A stretch of DNA of 64,000 nt from Bacteriovoracaceae bacterium (GTDB lineage Bacteria; Bdellovibrionota; Bacteriovoracia; Bacteriovoracales; Bacteriovoracaceae): contig OZ244226.1 in assembly GCA_965217035.1 (NCBI GenBank), positions 62,001-126,000 on the forward strand. Direction: 5' to 3'. This document shows, piece by piece, positions 29,547 through 39,321 of the stretch (position 1 is the stretch's first letter; every line of letters starts with the position of its first letter). The position numbers were made by a program, and so were the translations under genes. The notes under the pieces were generated by a model. That model ran no database searches. It was not told the DNA's origin and was given only the letters and a program-made list of their open reading frames with translations.

Positions 29547-30377
29547 TTACGTTATAGGAAAAATTCTAAAATCGACCTGATAAGTTTTTCGTGGAGGATC
29601 ATCAAATGGACTCGCCTCTATTTTTGATAATCTATTTCTTAAGAATAGCAATTCATCGGCAAGCTCCTGCGCTTCTTCTAATGATAAATTAAGATATAAA
29701 CCATCAAACCCAAAAGGTCCTTCAGGCTTTTTTTTCTCTTCTAGTAGATTGATAAAAGCTTGGGCATTTTTGTCAAACCCTGAAAAAAAATCATTCCGGT
29801 TTTTTATTTTTTTTCCAAATACAAAATAAGTTCCCTTCTCGACTGTAATCCTATTATCCTCTTTTACTCGCAAGACATTCTTTCGAATCAGATAATCGTA
29901 GCAATCTTTTATTTTTTCTTCTTTTAGATCTTGAGCGACTTTAATTTTTATTTTCATTTCTTTTGGTGAAGGAAGGAATTCTGAAACTCTCAAAACTGCA
30001 AGAATTGAAATCATTAAAGGATCATGGAGTTCGATACTTCGAATATCTGAAATATCTTCTTCTTTTATAAAGCGTTTTTTATGGCGATTTTTAAATACTT
30101 CTTTGATGCGATCATTTTCAGAGCTCATAAGATATAAGCTTATGAAGTATTCAACCTCAAGGTCAGAAAGCTTAAGATTTTCCACAAAGTTATAAAATTT
30201 TTTCAAGCTAATACTCTTTCGATAAGTGATAACATCGTAGATAAGCGATTTGGGGACTTTTAACTGTCTTGCAAACGCCTCATAACTAAAACTAGGATTG
30301 CTTTTTTTGTTCACTTCATACACTTCTTTTAGAAATGAAAAGTAATCTTCATACTTGAATATACTAGGTATTATCAT
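29547..30377 (-). CDS. TIGR02147/DUF4423-family putative DNA-binding protein
   Basis: IFKYEDYFSFLKEVY...NPSFSYEAFARQL, C-terminal YQVDFRIFP. Confidence 0.8.
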   Translation of the reverse strand: MIIPSIFKYEDYFSFLKEVYEVNKKSNPSFSYEAFARQLKVPKSLIYDVITYRKSISLKKFYNFVENLKLSDLEVEYFISLYLMSSENDRIKEVFKNRHKKRFIKEEDISDIRSIELHDPLMISILAVLRVSEFLPSPKEMKIKIKVAQDLKEEKIKDCYDYLIRKNVLRVKEDNRITVEKGTYFVFGKKIKNRNDFFSGFDKNAQAFINLLEEKKKPEGPFGFDGLYLNLSLEEAQELADELLFLRNRLSKIEASPFDDPPRKTYQVDFRIFPIT

Positions 30378-30649
30378 ATTAATTCGATCCCAATGTTTTG
30401 ATTTTCTTGCCTAGATTATATATCAGTTCATCTGCTTTTTTGTACTAAAGTTCTGTATTTGAGTACGATTTTTTACTGTCGCTTCATAAGAAAAATTAAA
30501 GTGATCCGATGTATATTTCATGATTAAGAAATGTATAAATTCACTTTCTACGCAGAAATTAAGAAATCCTCTGATCACTCAACTTTTAGCTAGCAAGAGC
30601 GACGAGATAATTTTTTCTAAAATCTATTTTAAAAAATGATGAGGTCGCA

Positions 30650-33136
30650 ATGATTTTTTATAAATTAAAGATCAATAAGCGACTCCTTACTCAAGTTGTA
30701 TTGATCATTTCGCTTATTCTATTAACTCTTAAAAAGGGTCTTGCTGACCCAGGAGATGATGACTCATCAATAAAGAGCTATATTGCAGTCTCTGATATTG
30801 AGGGTATAAAAAGGCATTGGGATACTCTGATCCAAAATAAAACACTTACATTTGATAAAGCAACTCAACTCATGGAGATGATCAATCCTGACAATCGTCT
30901 TTGGTTTATTGGAGATCTCATGAGGCGAGGACCTCACGGAAAAGCAACCTATAAATACGTCATGAACTTGATTTCTAATAATGATGGGTCTTCTCTCGGA
31001 TTAATTGGAAATCATGACGGAAATATTCTTTCTTTTATTTCAACAGTTGCTAATATTGAATTGGGAGCAAATGAAGAATACGAAGAATGGGTACTCAAAC
31101 AACTAAAAGAAAATTCCAAATTTAAACAAGGTCGTTATGCTCAGATGCAGTGGTGGTCAGAAAAGTTTGGTCTTAAAGACAAAGCCTTAAATTGGTGGAT
31201 TGAATCTGCAGCAGAAGTAAAAGGAGTTGATCCCCTTAATTCAGATTTTCAAAAATTAATATCAAATAATGCTGGAGAAATAAGTGTAGAAAAACTAGCT
31301 CAAATCCTAAATCCAGAAGAGATGGCTGAAGAATTTTATCGCTTTTGTAGTCCAGGAGGATTAGGTTTTGAGTATTTAAGAAAAGCAAATCTTATCACAG
31401 TCGTAGATTCAGAAGATCAGATTAGAACAATTCTCTTGCACTCAGGTACTCTCACTAAGGGAAATTTAGGAGTTATCCCTGGAGCTAATGCTAAATATTA
31501 TGAAATGTACCCTAACGAAGATTGGCTCAAAAAGTTTGAAAAAGATGTCAATGCTTGGAAAGACGAAGGCCTTAATAGGATAGAAGGCTTACTTGATAAA
31601 CTCAATAATAAGGCAAGCTTTTCTTTGAGTGAACAAAAGGAATTCGCAAGAGAGCTTGGAAAGGTTCACCTTATAAAATATGTCGATGCAGGATATGATT
31701 CAGTGACAAGAACCTTAGAGTACGAAGCCAATAGTCTCGTTTATCCTCAGAAACATTTACAAAAATATAGCAATATTCCCGGAACGTTCTCTCAAGAAGT
31801 GACAGATTTACTAACCTCTGACCTTGTACATGTAAATAATGTTTACGGAGGTCATATCCCTGTTGGAGATTTTGCTGTTTTAAGAAAAGCTTATTCTGTA
31901 AAAAATGGAAAGTTTATTAATATCTTGCTTGGTGATACCTCTTACTCACCAGTAGAGGGTAACGGAACACTTAAGTTTAGAAGTGATGGTTATATCAAAG
32001 TGACCGGTCAAAGTAGGGATGGAATTAGTTTTGTCTCTGAAGTCTTGCCAGAAAAAACTTATGCTCAATATTTAGCAAGCGGTGATGAAGCCCTCATAAA
32101 AAAAGCGAGGCAACTAGAAAAGATTGGAATGGTTGCCGATGGTTACCTCATCGTCGGATTTGAATCAAGATTAGATCCAATGACTAATGAAATCGTACCA
32201 GATTATGACAAGTATATTTTACTTAAACAGGATGGCTACAACTTTGATTATAAGATGGTTGATATCTGGGGAATGGAAGAGTTTTTAAAACATAATGAAC
32301 TCAAGTTTCCAGTCAGTGACCTTTCTGATGCTTACAAAAAAGCTTATCTCAATAAACAGAAAATGCTAGAAACCCATGAGAAGGTTTCACTCACTGATAA
32401 AGAGTTTTCAGAGTTACTTAATGGGAAAAAAGTTATTATAAGCTCTGGACCGGCCAATGCCTCACTGGATCCTGTTCTTGATTCTGTTAATGGAAATCCT
32501 GATCATGTGAAAGCCTATCTCGATGATTGGAGGGCTTACTTATTAAGCCTACCCGGCGATGAGGAAGTTATTCTTGTGGGAGGAGGAACTTCTGGTCTTG
32601 AAGAGTTAAAAAATAAGGTGGCCGCAGAAGTCAATGAAGTGAGAGCACTAAAGGGACAAAAAAGCTTTGAAATAGTAGGTGTGATTACCGGAGTAACAGG
32701 AGGAAGCGAGTTAGATAAAAATGTTCAAAAGTTTGTTGTTTCTCATGCATTTTTTTGGGATGACTACTTTCCCGAGTTAATGAAAATGATCGATGATACC
32801 GAAAATATAAAAAGCCTTCGATTAGAATTTGCTGGAGGAGGCGGAATTATCCCTAATCAAATAGATCATGCTCGAAATTTGAAAATGCAAGGCATGGATA
32901 TGGAGATAGTATTAGGTCAAGGTCTATCTTCTAAAACTGGGAAAAGATCTATCTCAGGGACTGATAAAGTTATTAACGCAGCTCTTGAAAACCCAATGGG
33001 CTCTCGTGATATAAAAATTCGCAAACTTGAAGATTATCATAGATATCCTACTCTCCCATGCTTACCCATTGAGAACTTATGTCCATGGCATCTTGCCAGG
33101 CCAGAAACTCGAGTTTGTCCTCATAAGATGGATTGA
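30650..33136 (+). CDS. Secreted calcineurin-like metallophosphoesterase with an extra C-terminal Gly-rich alpha/beta domain
   Basis: SDIEG, GDLMRRG, GNHD, LHSG, GHIP, GDTSYS; later ISSGPAN, LVGGGTSGLE, FAGGGG. Confidence 0.7.
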   Translation: MIFYKLKINKRLLTQVVLIISLILLTLKKGLADPGDDDSSIKSYIAVSDIEGIKRHWDTLIQNKTLTFDKATQLMEMINPDNRLWFIGDLMRRGPHGKATYKYVMNLISNNDGSSLGLIGNHDGNILSFISTVANIELGANEEYEEWVLKQLKENSKFKQGRYAQMQWWSEKFGLKDKALNWWIESAAEVKGVDPLNSDFQKLISNNAGEISVEKLAQILNPEEMAEEFYRFCSPGGLGFEYLRKANLITVVDSEDQIRTILLHSGTLTKGNLGVIPGANAKYYEMYPNEDWLKKFEKDVNAWKDEGLNRIEGLLDKLNNKASFSLSEQKEFARELGKVHLIKYVDAGYDSVTRTLEYEANSLVYPQKHLQKYSNIPGTFSQEVTDLLTSDLVHVNNVYGGHIPVGDFAVLRKAYSVKNGKFINILLGDTSYSPVEGNGTLKFRSDGYIKVTGQSRDGISFVSEVLPEKTYAQYLASGDEALIKKARQLEKIGMVADGYLIVGFESRLDPMTNEIVPDYDKYILLKQDGYNFDYKMVDIWGMEEFLKHNELKFPVSDLSDAYKKAYLNKQKMLETHEKVSLTDKEFSELLNGKKVIISSGPANASLDPVLDSVNGNPDHVKAYLDDWRAYLLSLPGDEEVILVGGGTSGLEELKNKVAAEVNEVRALKGQKSFEIVGVITGVTGGSELDKNVQKFVVSHAFFWDDYFPELMKMIDDTENIKSLRLEFAGGGGIIPNQIDHARNLKMQGMDMEIVLGQGLSSKTGKRSISGTDKVINAALENPMGSRDIKIRKLEDYHRYPTLPCLPIENLCPWHLARPETRVCPHKMD

Positions 33137-33195
33137 AATATTCATCTTTCTTATGGGTCTTAGGGACTTAGTGCTTTTACTGTGACTTCAATTAA

Positions 33196-34497
33196 TTAAT
33201 CGATCTGTTGACCTAAATATTGAGTGTATTTTCTTAATAGAGCGTCATTTGCAAAGCGAAACGTCAGATTATCTATAATCTGCTTTTTATTAAACTTATA
33301 ATTTGGATTCAAAAAGTCTTTGATAAAAGTATTACTGGCCATGAAGAGTTTAGACATAGGTGTAACTTCTTCTGTTGGTCGGTCATTAAAACCAAAGCCT
33401 AGGTGGCTTCCATGATGTTGTCGAATTGTCTTGATAATACTCTCGTGGATTTCTTTAAAGCCCTCTAATTTTTTTGAGTTTTCGTAAGCATGGTTTTGTA
33501 CTGATGTAATCTGATCCTCATTCAACTCCATTTTTTCAATTGCCTTATCAAGGTCCTCTTGGGAATTAATGAAAAAGAGGCCTGTATTATCGAGTCCTAA
33601 ATCACAAAAAAGAGAAGCAAAGGACAGTCGATAAAGAAGTTTTGCATCAAGTTTGCCCTCTCTTTTCAAAAGGTAAGAACAAACGAGATTTGTTAGGTAG
33701 AACGTTTGAAAGGCAAAATCTTGCTTTTGAGAAACCACCTTGTTAATAAGCTCAGATAATGAGTTTTGTTCAAGGATTGTGTTACAAATTGATTGAATCG
33801 TATTTTCAGCAAGTTCTCTTAATGATTTATCAATTTTTAATTTATTAGAATACTGAACAAGGTATTGATAGGACTCATACTGTGCTTGCAAACGAATGTC
33901 TCCGTTTTGAGCAAGGCGAGCGCTGTAAAGGTTTGAAAGACTTGTAAAGAAAATTTCATAATCATCTTTATGGATATAAACATTCTCAATAGAGAAAGAG
34001 ATCAGCTTTTCAAAAAGTTCTTCGTCGACTTTATCGTAAGCACTGACTCTCTTAACAAACTGTTGGCCGTGACCATCTTTTCCAACTTTCAAGTAAAGAT
34101 CACAAGGAGTTTCGAGACCTTCGATCTGTGTCAATGGGATAGGATGGTAATTAAAGTATTCCAAGACTTGCGAGTCTTCTTTTTGAAAATCGATCTTTAA
34201 ACTCTCTGAAAGCGTCGATAAAATAGAGATATCGGTATCACTTTTTTGATAGGTGAATGAACTTAGTCCTTTGTTTTTGCTTTGGGCATAAACTTTTAAC
34301 ATCTGAATAATATGAGCTTCTTCTTCGAGAGTATCGAGCCCAATGATTGTTGTTATATTAGGAATAGTATCGATTACTTCAATGGCGTCTTGAATATTAT
34401 TTTTCACAATAGCGGTGATACTTAACTGGCTAAGCAATTTTAACTTGAGTTTATTGGTGAACTCAGATCTATTATCAATGACAAGAATATCAATCAT
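33196..34497 (-). CDS. Degenerate HD-GYP-like protein with a REC-like N-terminus
   Basis: ILVIDN N-terminus; ASLFCDLG in place of HD; HAYENS; IRQHHGSHLGFGF. Confidence 0.6.
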   Translation of the reverse strand: MIDILVIDNRSEFTNKLKLKLLSQLSITAIVKNNIQDAIEVIDTIPNITTIIGLDTLEEEAHIIQMLKVYAQSKNKGLSSFTYQKSDTDISILSTLSESLKIDFQKEDSQVLEYFNYHPIPLTQIEGLETPCDLYLKVGKDGHGQQFVKRVSAYDKVDEELFEKLISFSIENVYIHKDDYEIFFTSLSNLYSARLAQNGDIRLQAQYESYQYLVQYSNKLKIDKSLRELAENTIQSICNTILEQNSLSELINKVVSQKQDFAFQTFYLTNLVCSYLLKREGKLDAKLLYRLSFASLFCDLGLDNTGLFFINSQEDLDKAIEKMELNEDQITSVQNHAYENSKKLEGFKEIHESIIKTIRQHHGSHLGFGFNDRPTEEVTPMSKLFMASNTFIKDFLNPNYKFNKKQIIDNLTFRFANDALLRKYTQYLGQQID

Positions 34498-34521
34498 TTC
34501 TAAATTATAGGACTAATTTGT

Positions 34522-35376
34522 TTAAGACGGCAAAACAGGAGTTTTTCCAGTCGCCTGATTTGAATCAATTACGTATTTTGGGAGCATCCACCCAGATATT
34601 TCCTGCTTTGTTTGCTGGAAAATCTCAAATCCCTCCACTTCTTCTAGGTAAAAGTGCATGGCACCTTTAACTTTATCAGGATGATGTAAATAATAGGGTT
34701 TTACTTGGAGCTTCACTAATTCAATGAAAAGCTTTACAAGGTCATTAGCAGTATTATTAATTTCTTTAAGAAGAACTGTTTGTGAATAAAGAGGAATCCC
34801 TTTAAAGCGCTTTAAGGCTTCTTTAACTTCAAAAAAGAGTTCATCCGCATGATTGATATGAATCATGACAGTTGTCATCAAGTTTTTATGTTTTATTGCA
34901 GATATAAGTTTTTTGGTAATGAGCTCTGGTGATGCCAAAGGTGTTCTGGTATGAAAACGAATAAATTTGATATGGGGTATCCTAGCAAAAGAATCAACAT
35001 AGTCTCTAATTTTGGAAGGAGAAAGAATAAAAGGATCTCCACCAGTAAAGATTATTTCGTTTATCTCAGGATGCACTTTTAGGTAGTCTAATGTTTCGCT
35101 AAATTCAGCTTTAAAAATATCATCTCGCTCATTGATCAAATTCTTTCGAAAGCAAAACCGACAGTTAACAGGGCATGTAAGGGTAGGGAGGAATAAGGCC
35201 CTATTTTTATACCTATGAATGAGTTGAGGAGCAGACCATTTCTTAGTATCTCCAATAGGATCGTAGTAACCAGAATCTAGAGAGTACTCAAGTTCACTTT
35301 CAAGATATTGCTTTGAGATAGCAGGAATATGAAGTTTAGATTGAAGAAAAGAGCTAATTTTATGCGCATATTCCAA
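34522..35376 (-). CDS. KamA/EpmB-family radical SAM protein
   Basis: HRYKNRAL, CPVNCRFCFRK, IFTGGDP, RFHTR, QTVLLKEIN, PYYLHHPD; shorter N-terminus than usual. Confidence 0.88.
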   Translation of the reverse strand: MEYAHKISSFLQSKLHIPAISKQYLESELEYSLDSGYYDPIGDTKKWSAPQLIHRYKNRALFLPTLTCPVNCRFCFRKNLINERDDIFKAEFSETLDYLKVHPEINEIIFTGGDPFILSPSKIRDYVDSFARIPHIKFIRFHTRTPLASPELITKKLISAIKHKNLMTTVMIHINHADELFFEVKEALKRFKGIPLYSQTVLLKEINNTANDLVKLFIELVKLQVKPYYLHHPDKVKGAMHFYLEEVEGFEIFQQTKQEISGWMLPKYVIDSNQATGKTPVLPS

Positions 35377-35378
35377 TT

Positions 35379-35588
35379 CTATTTTCTCTTTTTACTATCT
35401 CTGAACCATTTCATTTCTATAGCCGATGTTCCACGAATTAATAAAAAACCTAATAGGGAAAGACCGACAAAATGCAGAATAACTTCATTCATAAGCATTC
35501 TCCCACCATTCATGAGAACCCATAATAGCCAAATTAGCATTGAAAGATGAGCCAAAAGAATGAAGAATTTAATGATCTTAATCTTCAT
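35379..35588 (-). CDS. Small two-helix membrane protein
   Basis: Two hydrophobic segments; packed tightly between neighbours on the same strand. Confidence 0.55.
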   Translation of the reverse strand: MKIKIIKFFILLAHLSMLIWLLWVLMNGGRMLMNEVILHFVGLSLLGFLLIRGTSAIEMKWFRDSKKRK

Positions 35589-36471
35589 GAGCGATCTTAA
35601 CCTTTTGGATTTTTTTCAATTTAAAGGCCTTATTTAATTTATCTTCCATACAGATGGCGTACAAAATAAAACCATAAGGCATCGGGAGCAAAGCAATTGG
35701 CTTTATTTTTCTCATTTTATGTCCTTTTGATCCACCTAAATAAGAAATTTCTATATTATTGCCACTGTTTAAAGCTTCCTTAAGATCCTTTCCAACTTCG
35801 GGAAGATCAAAATTCTTAAAATCGTTTAGTTGAAAAAGCTCATAATTCTTTCTGATAGCATTTAATTCGATCGATTTTTGCCTCAATCTTTGAAGGCACC
35901 TATCGATAACATAAACAAGCGCCTGACTATCGGCCATGGCCCGGTGAAACTGAACCGTAAAGCCGAAATGCTTTGCAATCGTTCCTAGTTTGAAATTCTC
36001 AACTTCTTCATCAATAAGCTTCAAAAGGTTTTTTACTAATTGAAAGGCATCATAAACCTTCTGATTTTTGAACTTTACTTCATTCTTCCAGGCATCAACC
36101 GTTAAGAAACCAATGTCAAACTGTGCATTATAGGCGACTAAGCCTGCATTACCACAAAATTTCATAAAATCAGGCAGAACCTCAGAAATACTTCTTTCAG
36201 CAATAAGATCATCGTTATGAATTCCATGGATAGCTGAATTCGCTTCAGAAACAAGGTTAAGAGGTTTTACTAAGCTCTGAAAAGTCTCGATTTCCCCTTG
36301 AGAAGTCACCTTAATACCAGCAATTTCGATAATTTCATGAACCAAAGGAGAAAGGCCACTAGTCTCAAGATCAAAAAAAACCAAAGATTCTTCACCGAGG
36401 TCTTGAATATACTCAGCTAAAACCTCAATCCCAGACGGAAGATAGGTCTCAATTGTATGAATCTTGTCCAC
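35578..36471 (-). CDS. DEDDh 3'-5' exonuclease (DnaQ-like) fused to a WYL-like domain
   Basis: FFDLETSG, AYNAQFD, HRAMADS; C-terminal IEISY...RKIKP...LYAIC...KAFKLKKI; probable GTG start at 36471. Confidence 0.82.
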   Translation of the reverse strand: MDKIHTIETYLPSGIEVLAEYIQDLGEESLVFFDLETSGLSPLVHEIIEIAGIKVTSQGEIETFQSLVKPLNLVSEANSAIHGIHNDDLIAERSISEVLPDFMKFCGNAGLVAYNAQFDIGFLTVDAWKNEVKFKNQKVYDAFQLVKNLLKLIDEEVENFKLGTIAKHFGFTVQFHRAMADSQALVYVIDRCLQRLRQKSIELNAIRKNYELFQLNDFKNFDLPEVGKDLKEALNSGNNIEISYLGGSKGHKMRKIKPIALLPMPYGFILYAICMEDKLNKAFKLKKIQKVKIAHED

Positions 36472-36579
36472 TAATAACCCTTTGCGTAAACCTAAGTAAG
36501 GCTTGGAAATCTTTGTCTTTCTGTTTATATTACGGACTCTTATTTGAAAAGAATTAAACCAATTTTGAAGGTGAACTCT

Positions 36580-37947
36580 ATGTTTGATGTCGTTGTTCTT
36601 GGATCTGGGCCTGGTGGGTACGTTGCTGCAATTCGTGCAAGCCAACTAGGACAGAAAGTCGCGATTATTGAAGAAGATAAGCTTGGCGGGGTTTGCCTTA
36701 ATAAAGGGTGTATTCCTACTAAGGCGGTTTTAAAATCTGCTCATTCTGTTCACGAACTTGCTCATATGAAAGAACTTGGGATTGATGTTGATATTAAAAA
36801 ACTTGATGGGTCTCAAGCCGTTAAAAGGGCAACGGGTATTTCCGACAAAATTTCGAAAGGTGTCGGCTTTTTGATGAAAAAAAATAAGATCGAAGTTATC
36901 AAAGGTCGTGGAGTCCTTAAAGATAAGAATACAATTGATGTTAGTGGAAAAGATGTTAAGGCGAAGAACATCATCATCGCTACAGGTGCAAAATACCGAA
37001 CATTTCCAGGTCTTGAACATGATAACAAAAGATTAATTGGTGCTTGGGAAGCCATTAAAATGGAAAAACTCCCAAAGTCGATTGGGATTATCGGAGCAGG
37101 GGCGATTGGTGTTGAATTTGCTTACTTTTGGAATGCCTTTGGTGTCGACGTTCATATCTTTGAACTTCAAAAGAACCTGCTCCCGATTGAAGATGAAGAA
37201 TCTTCTAAAGAAGTTGAAAAAGCTTATAAGAAATATGGAATCAAGATGTCTCTTGGAGTTGAGAAAGTCTCAGCTAAAAATAATGGAAAAGATGTCACCA
37301 TTACCGTTTCCAAGAAAGGTAAAGAAGAAAAACTTAAATTTGAAATGGGTCTGATCGCTGTTGGAATGACAGGCCAAATTGAAAATATAGGTTTAGAAAA
37401 GATCGGAGTAAAGACTGATCGTGGATTCATCTCTGTCAATGGAACTTATCAAACTAATGTTCCGAATATTTATGCCATCGGAGATGTTTCAGGGCCACCA
37501 CTTCTTGCCCATGCTGCTAGTCACGAAGGTGTGATTGCCGCAGAAGCGATTGCCGGTCAAAAGCCTCATCCACTAGATAAGAGAAATATCGCTGGCTGTA
37601 CTTATTGTCAGCCTCAAGTTGCTTCAATCGGTTATACAGAACGAGAATTGAAAGCAGAAAAAATCGAATACAATATAGGGAAAATGCCATTTTCAGCAAA
37701 CGGAAAGGCAATTGCTTCTCAGGAAACTGATGGTTTCGTAAAAGTTCTTACTGGGAAATACGGAGAACTTTTAGGGGCACATATTGTAGGAACACACGCT
37801 ACTGAACTAATACATGAATATGCACTCTTCCGAACAATGGAAGGCATTGACGAAGAAATCTTTGCGACAGTTCATCCGCACCCAACATTAGGGGAATGGT
37901 TAGCTGAAGCCGTCATGGCCGCCAAGGGAAGAGCTTTAAACTTTTAG
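36580..37947 (+). CDS. lpdA: Dihydrolipoyl dehydrogenase (E3)
   Basis: GSGPGGY, GGVCLNKGCIPTK, GAGAIG, HPHPTLGE; ATG 36580. Confidence 0.97.
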   Translation: MFDVVVLGSGPGGYVAAIRASQLGQKVAIIEEDKLGGVCLNKGCIPTKAVLKSAHSVHELAHMKELGIDVDIKKLDGSQAVKRATGISDKISKGVGFLMKKNKIEVIKGRGVLKDKNTIDVSGKDVKAKNIIIATGAKYRTFPGLEHDNKRLIGAWEAIKMEKLPKSIGIIGAGAIGVEFAYFWNAFGVDVHIFELQKNLLPIEDEESSKEVEKAYKKYGIKMSLGVEKVSAKNNGKDVTITVSKKGKEEKLKFEMGLIAVGMTGQIENIGLEKIGVKTDRGFISVNGTYQTNVPNIYAIGDVSGPPLLAHAASHEGVIAAEAIAGQKPHPLDKRNIAGCTYCQPQVASIGYTERELKAEKIEYNIGKMPFSANGKAIASQETDGFVKVLTGKYGELLGAHIVGTHATELIHEYALFRTMEGIDEEIFATVHPHPTLGEWLAEAVMAAKGRALNF

Positions 37948-37959
37948 GAGAAAAATACC

Positions 37960-39237
37960 ATGGCAAAAAATGAAGTTGTTATGCCACAAATGGGTGAGTC
38001 AATCACAACCGGAACCATTACAAAATGGAATAAACAACCGGGTGATGAAGTTGAGTTAGATGAAATTCTTCTAGAGATTTCTACTGATAAAGTCGAATCA
38101 GAGATTCCATCACCATTCGAAGGAAGACTTGAAAAAGTTCTTTTTGAAGAAGGCGAGACAGTTGATGTTGGAAAGGTTATCGCTATTGTAGAAGATGATG
38201 CTTCAGCAAGTTTAGATACTGAAAGTGCTTCAACGGCAGCACCGGTCGAAGAAACTCCGGCAGCCAGCGAACCAGCCCTAACACCATCAACAGATGAGAA
38301 ATCAGATAAGTTCTATACTCCACTTGTAAAAAAGATGGCCAAAGAGGCAGGTGTTGCTCTTACTGAACTTGATCATCTCACAGGGTCAGGTGCCGGTGGG
38401 CGTGTTAATAAAGCAGACTTCGAAGCTTTTATAAATAATAGAGGAGGAGCTCCTGCTGCAACTCCGGCAGCCAGCGAAGCACCAGCCCCTAGTGCTCCAA
38501 CACCAACTCCCTCAGTTCCAGCTTTTTCCGCAGGTGAAAGAGTTGAAATTATCCCAATGGATAATATGAGAAAAGCAATTGCTAGAAACATGGTCGCTTC
38601 AAAAATGACTTCTCCTCATGTGAACTCAGTTCTTGAAGTGGATATGACTCATTTAGTGAAGTTTAGAGAAGGATTTAAAAATCAATTCCAAGCTCAAGAA
38701 GGTTTTAAATTGACTTATACTCCATTCATTATGAAAGCGATCATCGATGCTCTTAAAGAACATCCATTGGTAAATGCTTCTGTTGATGGTGATAATATTG
38801 TTGTTAAAAAAGATATCAACCTTGGATGTGCTGTTGCTGTCCCAGGAAATGGTCTTGTTGTTCCCGTTATTAAAAATGCTGATGGACTTAATATGACAGG
38901 GCTCTGTCGTACCTTAAATGATCTTGCTCATAGAGCAAGAGACAAGAAATTAGGAATGGAAGATCTCACCGGTGGGACATTTACATTTACTAATGTTGGG
39001 TCTTTTGGAACGCTTCTCGCGACGCCGGTTATTCTTCAACCGCAGGTTGGAATTATGGCCGCGGGTGTAATTAAGAAAATGCCAGTTGTTGTCGAGGGGG
39101 ATGCCATTGCGATCAGAAGCATCATGTATCTCACTCATACATACGATCATAGATTAGTTGATGGGGAATTAGGCGGACGTTTCTTAATGTCGGTTCACAA
39201 TAACCTTGTAAATATGGACCCAGCTTCGTTATTTTAA
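37960..39237 (+). CDS. 2-oxoacid dehydrogenase E2 (dihydrolipoamide acyltransferase, SucB-like)
   Basis: Lipoyl domain STDKVESE, E3-binding GSGAGGRV, YDHRLVDG. Confidence 0.92.
   Translation: MAKNEVVMPQMGESITTGTITKWNKQPGDEVELDEILLEISTDKVESEIPSPFEGRLEKVLFEEGETVDVGKVIAIVEDDASASLDTESASTAAPVEETPAASEPALTPSTDEKSDKFYTPLVKKMAKEAGVALTELDHLTGSGAGGRVNKADFEAFINNRGGAPAATPAASEAPAPSAPTPTPSVPAFSAGERVEIIPMDNMRKAIARNMVASKMTSPHVNSVLEVDMTHLVKFREGFKNQFQAQEGFKLTYTPFIMKAIIDALKEHPLVNASVDGDNIVVKKDINLGCAVAVPGNGLVVPVIKNADGLNMTGLCRTLNDLAHRARDKKLGMEDLTGGTFTFTNVGSFGTLLATPVILQPQVGIMAAGVIKKMPVVVEGDAIAIRSIMYLTHTYDHRLVDGELGGRFLMSVHNNLVNMDPASLF
38253..38478 (+). repeat. 19-bp direct repeat in the two E2 linkers
   Basis: AACTCCGGCAGCCAGCGAA at 38253-38271 and 38460-38478 (TPAASE). 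Confidence 0.8.
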
Positions 39238-39321
39238 GCACTTAAGATAGTGTAAATTTTTATTTAGACATCTTTGACAAAGGTGAATGTGGTATTCATA
39301 GGCTTCAAATGGGGGAAGTCT

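Noticed and set aside
35181..35188. GGGTAGGG KOPS-like octamers (also at 59572)
   Set aside because: Only two noticed, both on the + strand, and the KOPS motif of this lineage is unknown to me; uninformative.
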